DNA from: Candidatus Velthaea sp.
GTDB taxonomy: Bacteria; Vulcanimicrobiota; Vulcanimicrobiia; Vulcanimicrobiales; Vulcanimicrobiaceae
Direction of reading: 5' to 3'
NCBI GenBank assembly: GCA_050012475.1
Contig: JBEKHC010000086.1
Span: 1 to 21,643 of the forward strand
DNA: 21,643 bases
In this document: piece by piece, positions 16,991-21,643 of the stretch
Layout of the letters: each line of letters begins with the position of its first letter
How positions within the stretch are numbered: the stretch's first letter is position 1
Translations under genes and position numbers: made by a program
Notes under the pieces: model-generated
The model's database searches: none
Told to the model about the DNA's origin: nothing
The model's input: only the letters and a program-made list of their open reading frames with translations

Positions 16991-18952
16991 ATGGACGAAT
17001 GGCGTGTCGGACGGACGGAGACCGGAAATCTCGAGCGAGCCGAAAGCCGGGAATGGCTCGTTACCAATGGCCGCGGCGGATACGCGTCGGGTACCGTTGC
17101 CGGAACGCTGACGCGCTGCTATCACGGCTTGCTCATCGCAGCGCTCGCTCCGCCCGTCGAGCGTCGGCTCGTCGTCGCGAAGTGCGAAATCGACGTAACC
17201 TATGACGGCGTCGACTATTCGCTGGCGGCGAACCGCTGGGCGGGCGGCGCTGTTGCGCCGCAAGGCTACCGTTGGTGTGAGTCGTTCGCGCTCGTCGACG
17301 GCGTCCCGACCTGGACGTATGCTTGCGGCGACGCCTTGCTCGAACAATCGATCGCGATGCCATTCGATCGTGATGCCGTCGCGCTCGCCCTGCGCGTCGT
17401 TCGCGCGCGCGTTCCGCTGACGATCGAGATGCGGCTGCTGGCCGCCGATCGCGATCATCACGGCGGTCCATTGCCCGACCCCGAGCTGTTCTCGGTCACC
17501 TGCGCAGCCGGCAGCGCCGCCGTCGGGCTGCCGGTGTGCAAGCGCGTGCTTCAGGTGCGCGCACCCGGTGCCGCGTTCAGTCCCGCCCACGAGCGGTACC
17601 GCGGGTTTGCGCTCGTGCGTGAAGCCGAACGCGGCCTCGCCGCCGTCGACGATTACGCGCACGTGCTGACGCTGCGCTGCACGCTTGCCGGCGGCGAGGC
17701 CGGCGGCTGCACGCTGGCGCTCGACGACGCGCTCGAGGCCGATCCGGCTGCCGTCGTCACAACGGCTCGAGCGGCCCATCGAGCGCGCGCCGGTCCGGCC
17801 GCTTCGCCGGTGCGTTCCGCGCTGGCGGCCGCGGCCGATGCGTTTATCGTGCGGCGCGGCAACGGCGCGGCGCCCGGCACGACGATCGTCGCCGGCTATC
17901 ATTGGTTCGCCGACTGGGGCCGCGACACGATGATCGCACTGCCGGGCCTCGCGCTGCACACCGGCCGCCCGCAGGTTGCGCGCGACATCTTGCTGACGTT
18001 CGCCGGCACGATCGACGGCGGAATGCTGCCCAACCGCTTCCCCGACGACGGCTCGCCGCCCGACTACAACACGGTGGATGCGGCGCTGTGGTTCATCGAA
18101 GCGGTGCGCGCGTATTTCGAGCACACCGCCGACCGTGCGTTCTTAGACGAGGTGTTCGGCGCGCTCGATGCGATCGTCGACGGCTATACGAACGGCACGC
18201 GCTATGGCATCCGGCTCGATCCCGACGGGCTCATTCGCGCCGGTGGGCCGGGTCTGCAGCTGACCTGGATGGATGCCAAGGTCGACGGGCGGCCGATCAC
18301 GCCGCGGACCGGGAAACCCATCGAGATCAACGCGCTCTGGTATGCCGGGATGCGCGCGCTCGAAGCGTTGGCGACCGCCGTCGGCCGTTCGCCGCTGAAG
18401 TATCGGGCGTTGGCCGAACGCTGCGCGGGCGGGATGCAGCGCTATTGGAATGCGGCGCGCGGCTATTGTTTCGACGTTTTGGACGGACCCGGCGGGCACG
18501 ATCCGGCGCTGCGGCCCAATGCGCTTTTCGCCGTTTCGCTTCACGCCTGCGCGCTCGATACCGAACAAGCGCGCGCGGTCGTCGACAGCTGCGCGCGCGA
18601 ACTCGTCACGTCTTACGGGCTGCGCACGTTGGGTCCGCGCGAGCCCGGCTATTGCGGGCGTTACGCCGGCCCGCCGGCGCAGCGCGACGGTGCGTACCAT
18701 CAGGGGACCGTCTGGCCGTGGCTGCTCGGTCCGTTCGTGCGCGCGCACTTGCGCGTGTATGGCGATGTCGCGACGGCGCGCACCTTCGTCGAACCCCTGA
18801 TCGACGCGCTCGCCGGCTACGGCATCGGAACGCTGGGCGAAATCTTCGACGGCGATCCGCCGCACGCACCGCGCGGCGCGATCGCTCAAGCTTGGAGCGT
18901 CGCCGAGCTCATCCGCGCGCTCGACGCCGTCACGGTCCCGGCGCTGCCGTAA
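16991..18952 (+). CDS. Amylo-alpha-1,6-glucosidase (GDE_N + GDE_C, GH133-type debranching enzyme), ~653 aa
   Basis: Motifs EWLVTNGRGGYASGT...YHGLL, IVAGYHWFADWGRDTMI, PNRF, DAALWF, TWMDAK...TPRTGKPIEINALWY, RPN, YHQGTVWPW and EIFDG...AQAWSVAE. ATG at 16991. Confidence 0.92.
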   Translation: MDEWRVGRTETGNLERAESREWLVTNGRGGYASGTVAGTLTRCYHGLLIAALAPPVERRLVVAKCEIDVTYDGVDYSLAANRWAGGAVAPQGYRWCESFALVDGVPTWTYACGDALLEQSIAMPFDRDAVALALRVVRARVPLTIEMRLLAADRDHHGGPLPDPELFSVTCAAGSAAVGLPVCKRVLQVRAPGAAFSPAHERYRGFALVREAERGLAAVDDYAHVLTLRCTLAGGEAGGCTLALDDALEADPAAVVTTARAAHRARAGPAASPVRSALAAAADAFIVRRGNGAAPGTTIVAGYHWFADWGRDTMIALPGLALHTGRPQVARDILLTFAGTIDGGMLPNRFPDDGSPPDYNTVDAALWFIEAVRAYFEHTADRAFLDEVFGALDAIVDGYTNGTRYGIRLDPDGLIRAGGPGLQLTWMDAKVDGRPITPRTGKPIEINALWYAGMRALEALATAVGRSPLKYRALAERCAGGMQRYWNAARGYCFDVLDGPGGHDPALRPNALFAVSLHACALDTEQARAVVDSCARELVTSYGLRTLGPREPGYCGRYAGPPAQRDGAYHQGTVWPWLLGPFVRAHLRVYGDVATARTFVEPLIDALAGYGIGTLGEIFDGDPPHAPRGAIAQAWSVAELIRALDAVTVPALP

Positions 18953-18970
18953 TACGAGCGCAGCCCGTTT

Positions 18971-19243
18971 TTACGCCCGGCGATCGAAGTGCACCGCGGG
19001 CTTGAGGTCGTGCGGCACCGACGACGGCGCGTACCTCACTGCAAGCGGAAGATCGGCGATATCCGCCTGCTCGACGGACGGCGTCGGGCTGGGCGGATAA
19101 ATGTCCGCCGCCGGCTCAGCGGCAGCTGGGGCCGGGTTTGGCGCCGCCGCTGCGGCATTGTTAGGAAGAGGTCCGTTAGGAAGAGGTCCGTTCGCGAACG
19201 TGCTCACGCTGCCGAGCGCACCTAGAGCTGTCAATCCATCCAT
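18971..19243 (-). CDS. Small Pro/Ala-rich hypothetical protein, 90 aa
   Basis: The ORF fills the gap between the GDE and EamA genes. It contains a frame-preserving 15-nt duplication and is preceded by a sigma28-like promoter. Confidence 0.6.
   Translation of the reverse strand: MDGLTALGALGSVSTFANGPLPNGPLPNNAAAAAPNPAPAAAEPAADIYPPSPTPSVEQADIADLPLAVRYAPSSVPHDLKPAVHFDRRA
19160..19192. repeat. Perfect 15-nt tandem repeat (GTTAGGAAGAGGTCC x2.2) encoding NGPLP-NGPLP
   Basis: Units at 19160-19174 and 19175-19189, followed by GTT. Confidence 0.95.
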
Positions 19244-19296
19244 TGCTTGACCGTTTCATTATGCTTGCCGTACAGAAAACATACTGCATCTTTACC

Positions 19297-19323
19297 TTAT
19301 CGGTCCGCTCGTTCGTGAGTTTA
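19297..19323 (-). promoter_or_regulatory. Putative sigma28 (FliA/SigD) promoter
   Basis: The minus strand reads TAAA-CTCACGAACGAGCGG(15 nt)-ACCGATAA, against the consensus TAAA-N15-GCCGATAA. It ends 53 nt upstream of ATG 19243. Confidence 0.6.
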
Positions 19324-20208
19324 GGTGCCGTGGTTGACGGCCAGCTCGGCGGTCGCGCGCGGCTCGGCACGCACGGCGAGTGCGATGCCGGCCAGCACGA
19401 TCAGCGCCCCCGCCAGGGTGCCCGGGGCGAGGCGTTCGCCGAAGATCAGCGCTGCCAAGACGCCGGCGATCGCCGGCTCGATGAGGGTCACGGTGGCCAC
19501 CAGGGTTGCGCTCAGCCGCCGCACGGCGGCATTGAGCGCGGTGTGGCCGAAAAGCTGCGAAACCAAGGCCATCGCCACGATGCCGGCCCAAGCGGCGGGG
19601 TCGCCCGTTCCCGGCAGCCGGTCGTGCGCGATCAGCGCCGCGGCCAGCAAGACGACCGCCGCCGCGGGATAGGTCCGCGCGACGACCGCGAGCGTTCCAT
19701 AGCGCGGATCGCTGGCCCGCACCAGCAGCAGGTAGACGGCGATCGCGACGGCTCCCGCCAGGGCCAGGCCGATGCCCAGCGGGGTTTCGTTGCGATCGGG
19801 CACGCCGACGACGATGGCGACGCCGAGCAGCGCGCAGCCGATGCTTACCGCGGCGGCCGGACGGATCCGCCGCAACCGAACGATCGCGAAAGCCTCGGTC
19901 CAGATCGGCGTCGTGCAGACCAGCAGCGTCGAGACGGCCACGCTGGCATACCGCAGCGATGCGATCCAGCACGCGAAATGAATGGCCAAGGCCACCCCGG
20001 CCAGCGCCAGTCGCTGCTCTGTCGCGCGGTCGTAACTCCGATACGCTCCGCGGGCCGCCGCGATCAAGCCGACCGGCACCGCGGCGATGATCAAACGCAG
20101 CGCCGAGACGGCGATGGGGTCGCCGCCGGTGAGTGCAAAGCGGGCGAAGATCGCCGCGGCGCCGATCGCGAGTTGCGCTAACGCCAGCAGTGCGAAAGCG
20201 TATCGCAT
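19321..20208 (-). CDS. EamA/DMT family transporter, 295 aa
   Basis: About 10 hydrophobic helices in two repeats, with motifs VSALRL, SLRYASVAVSTLL..TTP, GHTALN and LIEP...LIFGE. Confidence 0.9.
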   Translation of the reverse strand: MRYAFALLALAQLAIGAAAIFARFALTGGDPIAVSALRLIIAAVPVGLIAAARGAYRSYDRATEQRLALAGVALAIHFACWIASLRYASVAVSTLLVCTTPIWTEAFAIVRLRRIRPAAAVSIGCALLGVAIVVGVPDRNETPLGIGLALAGAVAIAVYLLLVRASDPRYGTLAVVARTYPAAAVVLLAAALIAHDRLPGTGDPAAWAGIVAMALVSQLFGHTALNAAVRRLSATLVATVTLIEPAIAGVLAALIFGERLAPGTLAGALIVLAGIALAVRAEPRATAELAVNHGT

Positions 20209-20280
20209 TCCAGACGCCCGTTTCGCGCGCTCGCGCGGCGGACCCCGCGCCGCTTCCGCAAGGTCCCGGTGACGGCGAGC

Positions 20281-21643
<1,363 letters not shown>

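Noticed and set aside
14118..17111. 997-aa plus-strand ORF and other long overlapping ORFs (e.g. 10699-12426, 8506-10008, 9399-10694, 16664-18124, 19292-20626)
   Set aside because: Antisense or alternate-frame shadows of well-supported genes, expected at high GC. They have no recognisable motifs.
10150..19750. GCGATCGC (HIP1-like) octamers and frequent CGATCG
   Set aside because: Only about four octamer copies noticed by eye. Enrichment cannot be established without a Markov-model count.

Overview
GC-rich bacterial DNA dominated by a ~19 kb alpha-glucan (glycogen) metabolism cluster. In transcription order on the minus strand it encodes a GH63/MGH1-like glucosidase, a flavoprotein disulfide reductase, GlgX and MalQ. 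After a ~630 bp gap come a GH57, a glycogen synthase with an altered KXGG motif (QAGG), a second GH57, a stand-alone tandem CBM21-like protein and a second, divergent GlgX/isoamylase. A GH133-type amylo-alpha-1,6-glucosidase is transcribed divergently on the plus strand. The right end holds a small Pro/Ala-rich ORF behind a sigma28-like promoter, an EamA/DMT transporter, and a TPP riboswitch followed by thiC, which is cut by the window edge. The best candidate for an undescribed system is the left module (GH57-glgA[QAGG]-GH57-CBM21x2-glgX). It looks lower in GC in spot checks and carries repeated TGTCCGAC-N2-GTCGGACA palindromes and a structured intergenic region. All family calls come from motif recognition by eye; no database searches were run.
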